Source: Dickeya dadantii NCPPB 898 (GTDB taxonomy: Bacteria > Pseudomonadota > Gammaproteobacteria > Enterobacterales > Enterobacteriaceae). Taken from it: a stretch of 32,000 nt of DNA. Below the pieces are notes generated by a model, which saw only the letters and a program-made list of their open reading frames with translations, was not told the DNA's origin and searched no databases. Of the stretch, positions 18,476 to 29,317 are shown piece after piece. The position numbers and the translations under genes were made by a program. The number at the start of each line of letters is the position of its first letter. Positions within the stretch are counted from its first letter, which is position 1. The stretch spans positions 2,323,543 to 2,355,542 of the forward strand of contig NZ_CM001976.1 in NCBI RefSeq assembly GCF_000406145.1. Reading direction: 5' to 3'.

Positions 18476-19987
18476 TTATGCCCGGTGCCCGCACAGTTTG
18501 TAGTACAGCTCGTTCCAGCGCAGCCCGTCTCTGAAGGCCGGCAGGGTGGTGCCCTGATCAATCAACGTCAATTCGATGTTGTGCAGGTCAGCGTACAGCC
18601 GCAGATAATCGAGATCGAGCGATTGGGTGAACACGGTATGGTGGGCGCCGCCTGCCAGAATCCAGGCTTCGGCTGCCGTTTCCAGCGACGGCTGCGCCTG
18701 CCAGAGTGCGCGGGCGACCGGCAGTTTCGGCAACGGATGCGGCTGGGCGACGGTATCCACCTGATTGACCAGCAGGCGAAAACGATCGCCCAGATCGATC
18801 ACGCTGACGTTCAGCGCCGCTCCGGCCGGCGCGGAGAAGATCAATCGCACCGGATCCGCTTTGCCGCCGATCCCAAGGTATTGTGCATCCAGCAGCGGTT
18901 TTTCCTCGCTGGCGATGCTGGGGCACACTTCCAGCATATGGGCGCCCAACACCAGATTGTTGCCGGGCGCGAAATGGTAGGTGTAATCCTCCATGAAGGA
19001 GGTGCCGCCGGGCAGCCCCTGCGCCATGACCTTCATTACGCGCAGCAGCGCGGCGGTTTTCCAGTCGCCTTCGGCGCCGAAACCGTATCCCTGTTGCATC
19101 AGACGTTGCACCGCCACGCCGGGCAGTTGCTTGAGGCCATAGAGGTTTTCGAAATTGGTGGTAAAAGCCTTAAAGCCGCCCTGATCGAGAAAACGTTTCA
19201 GCCCAAGCTCGATGCGGGCCGCATCCAGCAGATTTTGCCGTTTCGGACCATGCAGTTTGAGCGCTTCGCTGAGGGTGTAGCTGGCTTCGTACTCTTCAAT
19301 CAGCGTATTCACGTCGCCCTGGCTGACATCGTCCACCACGCCGACCAGGTCTCCCAGCCCCCAGGCGCTGACCGCGTAACCAAACTGGATTTGCGCCCCG
19401 ACTTTGTCGCCTTCGGTGACCGCCACTTCCCGCATGTTATCGCCAAAACGGGCCACTTTGAGCTGACGGCTTTCCTGCAACGCCGCCGCCACCCGCATCC
19501 ACTTGGCGATGCGCTCATGGGCGTGACGATCCTGCCAGTGGCCGACCACCACCTGATGGGGCTGGCGCATGCGCGCGCCGATAAAACCGAACTCACGCCC
19601 GCCGTGGGCGGTCTGGTTCAGGTTCATAAAGTCCATGTCCATGGTGTCCCAGGGGATATCGGCGTTGAACTGGGTATGGAACTGCAGCAGCGGTTTGTTG
19701 AGGATGCTCAGACCGCCAATCCACATTTTGGCGGGCGAGAAGGTATGCAGCCAGGCCAGCAGCCCGATGCAGTTATCCTGATAATTAGCGTCGCGGCACA
19801 GCGCGGTGATTTCATCCGGAGTTTTGACCAGCGGTTTAAGTACCAGCCGCACCGGCAGGTTGGCGTCACGGTTAAGGCCATTCACCACTTTTTCGGCGTT
19901 TTCTTTCACCTGACGCAGCGCTTCCGGGCCATAAAGATGCTGACTGCCAATCACAAACCAGACTTCGAGCGGCTTAAATTGTTCCAT
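18476..19987 (-). CDS. araA: L-arabinose isomerase
   Basis: It is collinear with E. coli AraA ([15 protein letters not shown]..., ...EDYTYHF..., ...AGGAHHTVF...). I place the start at the ATG at 19987 ([11 protein letters not shown]), which has an AGGAG SD. The tracked start at 20011 adds 8 residues with no support. Confidence 0.96.
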   Translation of the reverse strand: MEQFKPLEVWFVIGSQHLYGPEALRQVKENAEKVVNGLNRDANLPVRLVLKPLVKTPDEITALCRDANYQDNCIGLLAWLHTFSPAKMWIGGLSILNKPLLQFHTQFNADIPWDTMDMDFMNLNQTAHGGREFGFIGARMRQPHQVVVGHWQDRHAHERIAKWMRVAAALQESRQLKVARFGDNMREVAVTEGDKVGAQIQFGYAVSAWGLGDLVGVVDDVSQGDVNTLIEEYEASYTLSEALKLHGPKRQNLLDAARIELGLKRFLDQGGFKAFTTNFENLYGLKQLPGVAVQRLMQQGYGFGAEGDWKTAALLRVMKVMAQGLPGGTSFMEDYTYHFAPGNNLVLGAHMLEVCPSIASEEKPLLDAQYLGIGGKADPVRLIFSAPAGAALNVSVIDLGDRFRLLVNQVDTVAQPHPLPKLPVARALWQAQPSLETAAEAWILAGGAHHTVFTQSLDLDYLRLYADLHNIELTLIDQGTTLPAFRDGLRWNELYYKLCGHRA

Positions 19988-20041
19988 GATGACTCCTGTT
20001 TGGGTTCCCAAAGGGATGTAAAAGTGATGTTCGGCAAACGC

Positions 20042-21727
20042 TCAATGGTCTGCCCCGGTCTGGGGGCTGTAGGCGGGCTCCGCCAGCCGACACCACTGCT
20101 GATAACGTTCGTACAGCTGTTGATAACGGGCGACTCGTTTCGGATCGGGCATCAGGGTACGTTCGATGCCGCAGGCCATATGCTGCTGGGCGATCGGGAT
20201 GTCCGGGTGAACGCCGGCGGCTACGGCGGCGAAGATGGCGGCGCCCAGTGCGCAGCATTGATCCGACGCGACGATCTGCATCGGGCGGTTCATCACGTCG
20301 GTGCAGACTTGCATGATGGTGGTGGATTTACGGGCGATGCCGCCCATCGCCAGCAGGTTTTCCACCGGGATCTGTTGAGATTCGAAACAGGCCATGATGG
20401 CGCGGGCGCCAAACGCGGTGGCGGCGATCAACCCGCCAAACAGCGCCGGCGCGTCGGTGCCGAGATTGAGATCGGTGATCACCCCTTTGAGTCGCTGGTT
20501 GGCGAACGGTGTACGGCGGCCGTTAAACCAGTCGAGCACCACCGGCAGGTGATCGAGCGACGGGGCGTCGGCCCAGGCTTGCGTCAGCTGCGTCAGCAGG
20601 CTGGATTGCAGCTGTTCCAGCTGCGGCTGCCAGTCGGGGTGTTCGCGGGCGGCCAGCTGTAGCGGCCAGCCCAGCACGCGGCCAAACCAGGCGTACATGT
20701 CGCCGAAGGCGGATTGCCCGGCTTCCAGACCGATATAACCGGGCACCACGCTGCCGTCCACCTGGCCGCAGATCCCGGCGATCGTTTTGTCGCCGACTCG
20801 ATCCGCATCGGCGATCACAATGTCGCAGGTCGAGGTGCCGATCACTTTGACCAGCGTGTAGGGTTGCGCCCCGGCACCGACGGCGCCCATGTGGCAATCG
20901 AAGGCGCCGCCGGCGATAACGACCTGTTCCGATAAGCCTAACCGACGCGCCCATTCCGGCGTCAGCGTGCCGACCGGACGATCGGCGGTCCAGGTATCGG
21001 TAAACAGTGGATACTGTAGTTTTTCGGTCAGGCAGGGGTCGAGCGCCTGCAGAAAGTCTTTTGGCGGCAGGCCGCCCCAGTCGGGATGCCACAGCGATTT
21101 GTGTCCGGCGCTGCAACGGCCACGGCGGATGGCGTCAGGCGCGGTGGTGCCGGAGAGCAGGGCCGGCACCCAGTCGCATAATTCTATCCAGGATACCGCC
21201 GTCTGACGCACAGAGGGATCCTGCCGGCTGATATGGAGAATTTTGGCCCAGAACCATTCCGACGAGTACACCCCGCCGATGTAGCGGGTGTAATCCGGGA
21301 ACTGGCCGCTGCGGCACAGTTGGTTGATGGCTTCCGCTTCGTCAATCGCGGTGTGGTCTTTCCACAGCACGAACATGGCGTTGGGGTTGTCCGCGAATTC
21401 CGGACGCAGTGCCAGCACGTTGCCCTGTTCGTCAATCGGCGCCGGGGTGGATCCGGTCGAGTCGACGCCAATACCGATTATCTGCTGGCGCTGCTCAGGA
21501 GTAAGCCGCGCCACCACCGCGCGGATCGCCAGCTCCAGCGATTCGATGTAATCCAGCGGATGATGGCGGAACTGATTGCTGGCGGGGTGACAATATTGTC
21601 CCTGGCGCCAGCGCGGATAGTAAACCACTTCTGTTTCCAGCTCCTGTCCGCTGCGGCAATCCACCGCCAGCGCACGGACAGAATCGCTGCCAAAATCAAG
21701 ACCGAGAGTAATGGCGCCCGCACTCAT
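20042..21727 (-). CDS. araB: Ribulokinase
   Basis: 561 aa. The N-terminus [19 protein letters not shown] matches, and there is long collinear similarity to E. coli AraB. An AGGAG SD lies 8 nt upstream. Confidence 0.96.
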   Translation of the reverse strand: MSAGAITLGLDFGSDSVRALAVDCRSGQELETEVVYYPRWRQGQYCHPASNQFRHHPLDYIESLELAIRAVVARLTPEQRQQIIGIGVDSTGSTPAPIDEQGNVLALRPEFADNPNAMFVLWKDHTAIDEAEAINQLCRSGQFPDYTRYIGGVYSSEWFWAKILHISRQDPSVRQTAVSWIELCDWVPALLSGTTAPDAIRRGRCSAGHKSLWHPDWGGLPPKDFLQALDPCLTEKLQYPLFTDTWTADRPVGTLTPEWARRLGLSEQVVIAGGAFDCHMGAVGAGAQPYTLVKVIGTSTCDIVIADADRVGDKTIAGICGQVDGSVVPGYIGLEAGQSAFGDMYAWFGRVLGWPLQLAAREHPDWQPQLEQLQSSLLTQLTQAWADAPSLDHLPVVLDWFNGRRTPFANQRLKGVITDLNLGTDAPALFGGLIAATAFGARAIMACFESQQIPVENLLAMGGIARKSTTIMQVCTDVMNRPMQIVASDQCCALGAAIFAAVAAGVHPDIPIAQQHMACGIERTLMPDPKRVARYQQLYERYQQWCRLAEPAYSPQTGADH

Positions 21728-21841
21728 CGTTGCTGCTCCTGTTAATCGTAGGGATCACGCTGTTTACGATAGACAGGCCGTTCTGGCGCCGTGAGGAGCG
21801 GTTGGCTGGAAGTATGCATTTTTCTGTCACAAACAGGAGTT

Positions 21842-21857
21842 TTGTGATGGCGGTCAT
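21842..21857. promoter_or_regulatory. Candidate CRP-binding site in the araB/araF divergent control region
   Basis: tttTGTGAtggcggTCATAag matches the TGTGA-N6-TCACA consensus at 9 of 10 core positions. The flanks are T-rich on one side and A-rich on the other. Confidence 0.5.
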
Positions 21858-22109
21858 AAGTTAATGGCTGGTTAAATTCGCTGAATCTATGTACGAATCG
21901 GCTGTAGTTTCTGAATGTGATAATGCTCTCTCTTCGTGATGAAAATAACAGCTACAACTTACGCGTCTGAAGGAAAGTGGAGGATGGAATAACAATAACT
22001 CTTTGTTTTTTCATCGCTACAAAAAGGAATATCTTGCTGGGAGCGTTTACACACGTGAGGGCATCCCCGGTTGCCAGCGTGTTAAAGATAACAATGAGCG
22101 GAGAAGACC

Positions 22110-23093
22110 ATGCATAAATTCACTAAGGTTCTGGCAGCGATTGGCCTGGCCGCGGTTATGTCACAATCAGCTATCGCGGAAAACATGAAGCTGGGCTTTC
22201 TGGTCAAACAGCCGGAAGAACCCTGGTTCCAGACCGAATGGCGGTTCGCTGACAAAGCCGGTAAAGACCTGGGATTTGACGTTATCAAGATCGCCGTACC
22301 GGATGGCGAAAAGACCCTCAATGCTATCGACAGCCTGGCGGCCAGCGGCGCCAAAGGGTTTGTCATCTGTACCCCCGACCCGAAGCTGGGCTCGGCCATC
22401 GTAGCCAAAGCGCGCAGCTATAACCTGAAAGTGATCGCGGTGGACGATCAGTTCGTCAACGCCAAAGGGCAGCCGATGGACAGCGTACCGCTGGTAATGA
22501 TGGCCGCCACCAAGATTGGCGAGCGTCAGGGGCTGGAGCTGTGGAAAGAGATGCAGAAACGCGGCTGGAAACTGCAGGAAACGGCAGTCATGGCGATCAC
22601 CGCCAACGAGCTGGATACCGCCCGCCGCCGTACTTCCGGTTCGATGGACGCGCTGAAAGCGGCCGGATTCCCGGAAAAACAGATCTATCAGGTACCCACC
22701 AAATCCAATGATATCCCCGGCGCGTTCGACGCCGCCAACTCGCTGCTGGTGCAGCATCCGAACGTGAAAAACTGGCTGGTGGTCGGCATGAACGACAACA
22801 CCGTGCTGGGCGGCGTGCGGGCGACTGAAGGGCAGGGATTCAAGGCCGGCAATGTAATCGGCATCGGCATCAACGGGGTGGACGCGGTCAGCGAATTGTC
22901 CAAGGCACAGCCGACCGGCTTCTACGGCTCGTTGCTGCCCAGCCCGGACGTGCACGGCTACAAGAGCATCCAGATGCTGCATGACTGGGTGACCAAAGGC
23001 GTCGAGCCGCAGAAATTCACCGAAGTGACCGACGTGGTGCTGATCACCCGCGATAACTTCAAAACCGAACTGCAGAAGAAAGGCCTGATGTAA
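22110..23093 (+). CDS. araF: L-arabinose ABC transporter periplasmic binding protein
   Basis: 327 aa. The signal peptide [23 protein letters not shown] matches, and the mature sequence closely matches E. coli AraF as I recall it. A GGAGAA SD is present. Confidence 0.97.
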   Translation: MHKFTKVLAAIGLAAVMSQSAIAENMKLGFLVKQPEEPWFQTEWRFADKAGKDLGFDVIKIAVPDGEKTLNAIDSLAASGAKGFVICTPDPKLGSAIVAKARSYNLKVIAVDDQFVNAKGQPMDSVPLVMMAATKIGERQGLELWKEMQKRGWKLQETAVMAITANELDTARRRTSGSMDALKAAGFPEKQIYQVPTKSNDIPGAFDAANSLLVQHPNVKNWLVVGMNDNTVLGGVRATEGQGFKAGNVIGIGINGVDAVSELSKAQPTGFYGSLLPSPDVHGYKSIQMLHDWVTKGVEPQKFTEVTDVVLITRDNFKTELQKKGLM

Positions 23094-23182
23094 TGAACTT
23101 TGTCCAATCCCGCCTTAGCCGGCGGGGGCGGACACTGGCCGCGCCGTCATACATGGCGGCGCAGACCATTGAGGATGCTGAA

Positions 23183-24706
23183 ATGACCGTACAGTCACCT
23201 TATTTATCCTTCCGCGGGATCGGCAAGGTTTTTCCCGGCGTCAAGGCACTGGATGACATCAGTTTCGACTGCCATGCCGGACAAATCCATGCGCTGATGG
23301 GGGAAAACGGCGCGGGAAAATCCACATTGCTGAAAATTTTGAGCGGCAATTACACGCCGTCACAGGGAGAAATTCATATTAAAGGGCAGCCGGCGCGCTT
23401 CGCCAATACGATGGACGCGCTGAACGCCGGAGTGGCGATTATCTACCAGGAGCTGCATCTGGTGCCGGAAATGACGGTGGCGGAGAACATCTATCTGGGG
23501 CAGTTGCCGCATAAAGGCGGGCTGGTGAATCGCTCATTGCTGCGTTATGAATCGCGTTTGCAACTGGAGCATCTGGGGTTGGATATCGACCCGGATACGC
23601 CGCTGAAATACCTGTCCATCGGCCAGTGGCAGATGGTGGAGATCGCCAAGGCGTTGGCGCGCAATGCCAAGATCATCGCCTTTGACGAGCCGACCAGCTC
23701 GCTGTCGGCGCGGGAAATCGAACAGCTGTTCCGGGTGATCCGCGAATTGCGCAGCGAAGGCCGGGTGATTCTGTATGTGTCGCACCGGATGGAGGAGATC
23801 TTTGCTCTCAGCGATGCCATTACCGTGTTCAAAGACGGACGTTATGTCAAAACCTTCGCCGACATGCAGCAGGTTGACCACGAGCAACTGGTGCAGGCGA
23901 TGGTGGGACGCAATCTGGGCGATATCTACGGCTATCAGCCGCGTCCGCATGGTGACCCGCGGCTCGAACTGCAGGCGGTGAAAGCGATCGGGGTGAAGTC
24001 GCCGATTTCGTTGTCGGTGCGCAGCGGCGAAATTGTCGGCCTGTTCGGGCTGGTGGGCGCCGGGCGCAGCGAACTGATGAAGGCGCTGTTCGGCGCTACC
24101 GGCATTACCAGCGGCGAGGTGCGGCTGGATGGGCAACCGTTACACGCCCGTTCGCCTGGCGACGCGATCCGCCGCGGACTGATGTTGTGCCCGGAAGACC
24201 GTAAAGCCGACGGCATCATTCCGGTGCACTCGGTGCGGGATAACATCAATATCAGCGCTCGCCGCAAACATATCAAAAACGGTTTCATCATCAATGAAGC
24301 CTGGGAGGAAGAAAACGCCGACCGCCATATTCAGGCGCTGAATATCAAAACGCCGTCGCCGGCGCAGTTGATCATGAACCTGTCCGGTGGCAACCAGCAA
24401 AAGGCGATTCTCGGCCGCTGGCTGTCGGAAGAGATGAAAGTGATCATGCTGGACGAACCGACCCGCGGCATTGACGTCGGCGCCAAGCACGAGATTTACC
24501 ACGTGATTTATGAACTGGCCCGTCAGGGTATTGCCGTGCTGTTTGCGTCCAGCGACCTGCCCGAAGTGCTGGGGCTGGCGGACCGCATCGTGGTGATGCG
24601 CGAGGGCGCCATTTCCGGCGAGCTGCTGCACGATGAGGCCAGCGAACAAACGGTCCTGAGTCTGGCGATGTTGAAAACGACCGCCACTGAACCCGCGGTT
24701 GCCTGA
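23183..24706 (+). CDS. araG: L-arabinose ABC transporter ATP-binding protein (duplicated ABC domains)
   Basis: I place the start at the ATG at 23183 ([23 protein letters not shown]) with a GAGGA SD, which matches the E. coli AraG N-terminus. Walker A motifs are GENGAGKST and GLVGAGRSE. The tracked start at 23093 adds 30 residues with no support. Confidence 0.95.
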   Translation: MTVQSPYLSFRGIGKVFPGVKALDDISFDCHAGQIHALMGENGAGKSTLLKILSGNYTPSQGEIHIKGQPARFANTMDALNAGVAIIYQELHLVPEMTVAENIYLGQLPHKGGLVNRSLLRYESRLQLEHLGLDIDPDTPLKYLSIGQWQMVEIAKALARNAKIIAFDEPTSSLSAREIEQLFRVIRELRSEGRVILYVSHRMEEIFALSDAITVFKDGRYVKTFADMQQVDHEQLVQAMVGRNLGDIYGYQPRPHGDPRLELQAVKAIGVKSPISLSVRSGEIVGLFGLVGAGRSELMKALFGATGITSGEVRLDGQPLHARSPGDAIRRGLMLCPEDRKADGIIPVHSVRDNINISARRKHIKNGFIINEAWEEENADRHIQALNIKTPSPAQLIMNLSGGNQQKAILGRWLSEEMKVIMLDEPTRGIDVGAKHEIYHVIYELARQGIAVLFASSDLPEVLGLADRIVVMREGAISGELLHDEASEQTVLSLAMLKTTATEPAVA

Positions 24707-24724
24707 CCGCCAAGGAGTCGATGA

Positions 24725-25711
24725 ATGTCTACGGTGAGTTCCCCTTCCCGCGCCAGCAAATCTCAAGGCCTCAGCCTGTCCCGCATCTGGGATAACTACG
24801 GCATGTTGGTGGTGTTTGCTGCGCTGTTTCTGGCTTGTATGTTATTCGTGCCGAATTTTGCCACTTTCATCAATATGAAAGGGCTGGGGCTGGCGATTTC
24901 CATGTCGGGCATGGTGGCCTGCGGCATGCTGTTTTGTCTGGCTTCCGGCGATTTCGACCTGTCGGTCGCCTCGGTGATCGCCTGCGCCGGTGTAACCACC
25001 GCGGTGGTTATCAACGTTAGCGAAAGCCTGTGGCTGGGCGTTGGCGCCGGGCTATTGCTGGGCGTCGCGTTCGGCCTGCTTAACGGATTTGTTATCGCCC
25101 AGCTAAAAATCAACGCCCTGATCACCACGCTGGCTACGATGCAGATTGTGCGCGGTCTGGCGTACATCATCTCTGACGGTAAGGCGGTCGGTATCGAAGA
25201 CGAGCGTTTTTTCACGCTGGGATACGCTAACTGGCTGGGATTACCGGCGCCGATCTGGCTGACGGTTTTCTGCATGGTGCTGTTCGGTTTGCTGCTGAAC
25301 AAGACCACCTTTGGCCGCAACACGCTGGCGATCGGCGGCAACGAGGAGGCCGCGCGGCTGGCCGGGGTGCCGGTGGTGCGGACCAAAATCATTATTTTCG
25401 GCCTGTCCGGGCTGGTTTCCGCCGCGGCGGGCATCATCCTGGCGTCGCGCATGACCAGCGGCCAGCCGATGACGTCGATCGGTTATGAACTGATCGTGAT
25501 TTCGGCCTGCGTATTGGGCGGAGTGTCACTGAAAGGCGGCATCGGCAAGATATCCTATGTGGTGGCCGGGGTGCTGATTCTGGGGACGGTGGAAAACGCC
25601 ATGAATCTGCTGAATATCTCGCCGTTTGCCCAGTATGTGGTGCGTGGTCTGATTCTGCTGGCGGCGGTGATCTTTGACCGCTACAAACAACTGGCGAAGA
25701 AAACGGTTTGA
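24725..25711 (+). CDS. araH: L-arabinose ABC transporter permease
   Basis: 328 aa, collinear with E. coli AraH over its full length. An AAGGAG SD lies 7 nt upstream. Confidence 0.96.
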   Translation: MSTVSSPSRASKSQGLSLSRIWDNYGMLVVFAALFLACMLFVPNFATFINMKGLGLAISMSGMVACGMLFCLASGDFDLSVASVIACAGVTTAVVINVSESLWLGVGAGLLLGVAFGLLNGFVIAQLKINALITTLATMQIVRGLAYIISDGKAVGIEDERFFTLGYANWLGLPAPIWLTVFCMVLFGLLLNKTTFGRNTLAIGGNEEAARLAGVPVVRTKIIIFGLSGLVSAAAGIILASRMTSGQPMTSIGYELIVISACVLGGVSLKGGIGKISYVVAGVLILGTVENAMNLLNISPFAQYVVRGLILLAAVIFDRYKQLAKKTV

Positions 25712-25778
25712 TGGACGGATGCGCTGGCGTGGGCCGGCGCTATCCATGACAGACGAGAATCTTTTTTCAGGAGGCCGT

Positions 25779-26729
25779 ATGTATCACCGCATGGCGCATG
25801 AGTCCCAGCCCAACCCGTTGCTGCCCGGTTATGCGTTTAACGCCTATCTGGTGGCCGGGCTGACGCCGATTCTGGCGGGCGGGCCGCTGGATTTCTTCAT
25901 CGATCGCCCGGATGGCATGAAAGGTTACATCATTAACCTGACCATCAAGGGACAAGGCAAAGTGCTGGACGGCGATGACACCTTTTTCTGCAATCCCGGC
26001 GACCTGCTGCTGTTTCCGCCCCGATCGCGCCACTATTACGGCCGCGCGCCCGGCAGCGACAGTTGGTATCACCGCTGGGTCTATTTCCGGCCGCGCGCTT
26101 ACTGGGCCGACTGGCTGGAGTGGCACAGTAAAGGGTGCGACGTCGGGCGGCTGACGCTCTCCAGCACCGGATTGCTGCAGGAGTTTGATAAGCTGTTCGC
26201 CAATATCGAACAGACCCACCGTTCCGGCCGACGTTTTGCCGAAGAGCTGGCGATGAATCTGCTGGAACGCCTGCTGCTGCGGGCGATGGAAGAAGATCCG
26301 CAGAGCCCGCAGCGGATTATGGACCCTCGGGTGATCGAAGCGTGCCAGTTCATTACCGGCAATTTGGCTGGGGAACTGCGTATCGATGAGGTGGCGCGTC
26401 ACGTTTGCCTGTCGCCGTCGCGGCTGGCGCACCTGTTCCGCGAGCAGGTGGGGGTGAATATTCTGCGCTGGCGGGAAGACCAACGGGTGATTCGCGCCAA
26501 ACTGCTGCTGCAAACCACGCAGGAATCAATCGCCGCCGTCGGGCGGGTGGTCGGCTATGACGACCAACTCTATTTCTCCCGGGTATTTCGCAAACGGGTG
26601 GGGGTCAGCCCCAGCGATTTCCGCCGCCGCAACAGCGAAATCCATCATCCTGCGCTGGAAAAACCGGCGGAAGCGGCCATCTGGCGCGGGGAATCATCCA
26701 CGCCGCATCCGTGGCTGGTCACGCCGTAA
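25779..26729 (+). CDS. araC: AraC arabinose-responsive transcriptional regulator
   Basis: [19 protein letters not shown]...DFFIDRP.GMKGYI.NLTI.GQG and the C-terminal AraC-type HTH ([30 protein letters not shown]) are collinear with E. coli AraC. I place the start at the ATG at 25779, preceded by AGGAGG. The tracked start at 25674 overlaps araH and has no support. Confidence 0.93.
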   Translation: MYHRMAHESQPNPLLPGYAFNAYLVAGLTPILAGGPLDFFIDRPDGMKGYIINLTIKGQGKVLDGDDTFFCNPGDLLLFPPRSRHYYGRAPGSDSWYHRWVYFRPRAYWADWLEWHSKGCDVGRLTLSSTGLLQEFDKLFANIEQTHRSGRRFAEELAMNLLERLLLRAMEEDPQSPQRIMDPRVIEACQFITGNLAGELRIDEVARHVCLSPSRLAHLFREQVGVNILRWREDQRVIRAKLLLQTTQESIAAVGRVVGYDDQLYFSRVFRKRVGVSPSDFRRRNSEIHHPALEKPAEAAIWRGESSTPHPWLVTP

Positions 26730-26756
26730 CTGTCTGACGGCATTGTATAATAAGAT

Positions 26757-26777
26757 ATGGCCGCCGACGGCGGCCAT
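26757..26777. other. Perfect 9-bp GC hairpin just after araC (possible terminator or RNA-stability element)
   Basis: atggccgcc-gac-ggcggccat. There is no U-tract on the plus strand. A T-rich run is present only on the minus-strand side. Confidence 0.35.
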
Positions 26778-26936
26778 GACCGATACGGATCACGGAACCG
26801 TCCGATAACCATCAATTTCCCCGGTGCTATACTAGGCTGTGAATCGCGATACAGCATAAAACGTGATTGCGATGCGCGGCCGAGTTTCATGAGAATAACG
26901 GGTCTGATTTTCAGATCCGCCAATGAGGGGAAATCT

Positions 26937-27986
26937 ATGACGGATACCATCCGTGTTGGTTTGTTGGGCTATGGTTATGCCAGTAAGACGTTTCATGCGC
27001 CGCTGATTGCCGCCACGTCAGGAATGAAACTGGCGGCGGTGTCCAGCAGTGATGCCGGTAAGGTTCAGGCTGACTGGCCCTCAATGCGGGTTGTGCGCGA
27101 GCCGCAGGAACTGTTCAATGATTCGAATATCGACCTGATCGTGATACCTACCCCGAATGACACCCATTTCCCGCTGGCCCGCCAGGCGCTGGCCGCCGGC
27201 AAGCATGTGGTGGTTGATAAACCCTTCACCGTGACGTTGTCACAAGCACGGGAGCTGCATCAGCAGGCGGAACATACGGGTAAGCTGCTTTCCGTCTTTC
27301 ATAACCGGCGCTGGGACAGCGACTTTCTGACGTTGAAGCAGTTGCTGAAAACCGGCGTGCTGGGCGATGTGGTGTACATGGAGTCTGCATTTGACCGCTA
27401 TCGCCCGGAAGTGCGCCAGCGCTGGCGTGAAGAGGGCGGCGAAGGCAGCGGCATCTGGTACGATTTGGCTCCACATCTGATTGATCAGGTGTTGCAGTTA
27501 TTCGGCCTGCCGGTGGCGATTCAGGCCGATCTGGCGCAGCTGCGGCCGGGCAGCAAGTCCACGGATTATTTCCACGCCACTTTGATCTATCCCCAGCGTC
27601 GGGTGGTGGTACACAGCACCATGCTGGCGGCGGCGGAAGGCGCCCGTTATATCGTCCACGGCACCCAGGGCAGTTATGTGAAATTCGGTCTTGACCCGCA
27701 GGAAGGACGGCTGAAAGAAGGCGAGAAGCCGCAAGCCCATAGCGACTGGGGGCAGGACAGCCGGGACGGTATCCTGACGCTGCATCGCGACGGCGTGCTG
27801 GCTGAGCAGACGGTGCCGACTATTCCCGGACATTATCAATCCTACTATGCCGAGATCCGTGATGCGTTGTTGGGGCGTGGCGACAACCCGGTGCCGGTCG
27901 AGCAAGCCATCAAAGTGATGGAACTGATTGAGCTGGGGTTGACCTCTCATGAACAGAAAAAGGCGATGACCCTGAAAAACAACTGA
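26937..27986 (+). CDS. ydgJ: YdgJ, a Gfo/Idh/MocA-family oxidoreductase
   Basis: I place the start at the ATG at 26937 (MTDTIRVGLLGYGYASKTFHAPLIA) with a GAGGGG SD. It is collinear with E. coli YdgJ (IVIPTPNDTHFPLA, KHVVVDKPFTVTLSQAREL, SVFHNRRWDSDFLTLK). The tracked start at 26757 has no support. Confidence 0.93.
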   Translation: MTDTIRVGLLGYGYASKTFHAPLIAATSGMKLAAVSSSDAGKVQADWPSMRVVREPQELFNDSNIDLIVIPTPNDTHFPLARQALAAGKHVVVDKPFTVTLSQARELHQQAEHTGKLLSVFHNRRWDSDFLTLKQLLKTGVLGDVVYMESAFDRYRPEVRQRWREEGGEGSGIWYDLAPHLIDQVLQLFGLPVAIQADLAQLRPGSKSTDYFHATLIYPQRRVVVHSTMLAAAEGARYIVHGTQGSYVKFGLDPQEGRLKEGEKPQAHSDWGQDSRDGILTLHRDGVLAEQTVPTIPGHYQSYYAEIRDALLGRGDNPVPVEQAIKVMELIELGLTSHEQKKAMTLKNN

Positions 27987-28085
27987 TCGGGAGTCGTCAT
28001 GATTTGTGACGGAAAACCCCGACCGCAGGGCGGGGTTCAGCCTTGCATTATGGGTGTTTATTGCCGATAGTGGGGCATTGTTTAA

Positions 28086-28116
28086 ACAGGCGATCTTAGG
28101 ATCGCCTGTATTTTTT
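28086..28116 (+). terminator. Rho-independent terminator of ydgJ
   Basis: acaggcgatc-ttag-gatcgcctgt forms a perfect 10-bp stem followed by a-tttttt. Confidence 0.75.
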
Positions 28117-28139
28117 ATGTCTGAGGATGCAAACACGCT

Positions 28140-29141
28140 ATGGCATGGTTACAACGCTTAAAAATTGACAAATTTTTGCTGGTCTTGATTGCGGTGGTGA
28201 TCACCGCATCCATTTTCCCGTGCGAAGGCTGGGCCAAGGTTTTCTTTGAAAACCTGACCAATGCGGCAATCGCACTGCTGTTTTTCATGCATGGCGCCAA
28301 GCTGTCTCGCGATGCCATCACCGCCGGGATGGGCCATTGGCGTTTACACCTGGTGGTGTTTGCCAGCACTTTCATTCTGTTCCCGCTGTTGGGGATCGGC
28401 ATGGCATTTCTGTCGCCGCAGATATTAACGCCGGGGTTGTATCTCGGTTTTCTGTATCTGTGCGCGCTGCCGGCCACCGTACAATCGGCGATTGCGTTTA
28501 CGTCCATGGCGCGCGGCAACGTTGCGGCGGCTATCTGTAGCGCATCGGCCTCCAGCATTTTGGGGGTATTCCTGTCGCCGGTACTGGTCGGATTGCTAAT
28601 GCATACCCAGGGAGGGCAAACTGATACGCTGCATGCAATCGGTTCGATTATCATGCAGTTGATGGTGCCGTTTGTTATCGGTCACCTGTCTCGTCCGCTG
28701 ATTGGTGGTTGGGTTGATCGCCATCGTAAACTGATCAATATCACTGACCGGTCATCGATTCTTTTAGTGGTGTATGTGGCGTTCAGCGAGGCGGTGGTAC
28801 AGGGGATCTGGCACCAGATTAATGGCTGGTCGCTGTTGGCGGTGGTGGTGTGTTCGTTGGTGCTGCTGGGAATTGTGCTGGTTTGCACTACGCTGGCGGC
28901 GCGTAAACTGGGATTCAGTACCCCGGATGAAATCACCATCGTGTTCTGTGGATCGAAAAAGAGTCTGGCGAACGGTATACCAATGGCTAATGTGCTGTTT
29001 CCTGCGGCGGCCGTCGGTGCAATGGTGCTACCTCTGATGATTTTCCACCAGATTCAGTTGATGGTATGCGCGACGCTGGCACAGCGGTATGCGAAGCGCA
29101 CCGCACCGTCGGGTGATTCAGCAGCGGCGACCGAAAAGTAA
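28140..29141 (+). CDS. yfeH: YfeH-like bile acid:Na+ symporter (BASS/SBF) family membrane transporter
   Basis: 333-aa polytopic protein. FFENLT.AAIALLFFMHGAKLSR.AI.AG.GHWRLHL, LPATVQSAIAFTSMA.GNVAAA.CSASASS and IVFCGSKKSLANGIPMAN.LFP are collinear with E. coli YfeH as I recall it. The genomic context differs from that of E. coli yfeH. Confidence 0.85.
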   Translation: MAWLQRLKIDKFLLVLIAVVITASIFPCEGWAKVFFENLTNAAIALLFFMHGAKLSRDAITAGMGHWRLHLVVFASTFILFPLLGIGMAFLSPQILTPGLYLGFLYLCALPATVQSAIAFTSMARGNVAAAICSASASSILGVFLSPVLVGLLMHTQGGQTDTLHAIGSIIMQLMVPFVIGHLSRPLIGGWVDRHRKLINITDRSSILLVVYVAFSEAVVQGIWHQINGWSLLAVVVCSLVLLGIVLVCTTLAARKLGFSTPDEITIVFCGSKKSLANGIPMANVLFPAAAVGAMVLPLMIFHQIQLMVCATLAQRYAKRTAPSGDSAAATEK

Positions 29142-29317
29142 TTGATAAGCCAAGTAATTAAGTGGTCATTCCATTGAAAGTGACTATTGAATGGATAGTT
29201 ACTTTATGGGATAGTCAACAAAGTAAATCTTTATTATATTGGACGAATGTGAGGCGGGTTTGTGCGGCTCACAGATACAAGGATATTTCAATTAATCGTT
29301 ATTTATGAGGGACATAC

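Noticed and set aside
18485-20662. 725-aa ORF antisense to araA and araB, running across their intergenic gap
   Set aside because: This is the same artefact class. It spans two well-supported genes on the other strand, and the translated sequence has no domain-like features.
16875-27986. N-terminal extensions suggested by the ORF track for rsxA (17457-17552), araA (19988-20011), araG (23093-23182), araC (25674-25778) and ydgJ (26757-26936)
   Set aside because: In each case an internal ATG with a good SD aligns with the N-terminus of the E. coli homologue. The extension has no homology and overlaps intergenic hairpins or the upstream gene.
22167-28654. A series of 190-270-aa antisense ORFs opposite araF, araG, araH, araC, ydgJ and yfeH: 22167-22982, 23534-24136, 24140-24766, 24796-25452, 25767-26513, 27498-28136 and 28115-28654
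   Set aside because: Each is fully shadowed by a gene with strong homology-based support. The sequences are biased and repetitive with no SD sequences. Similar shadows opposite rluB, the rsx genes and add were rejected for the same reason.
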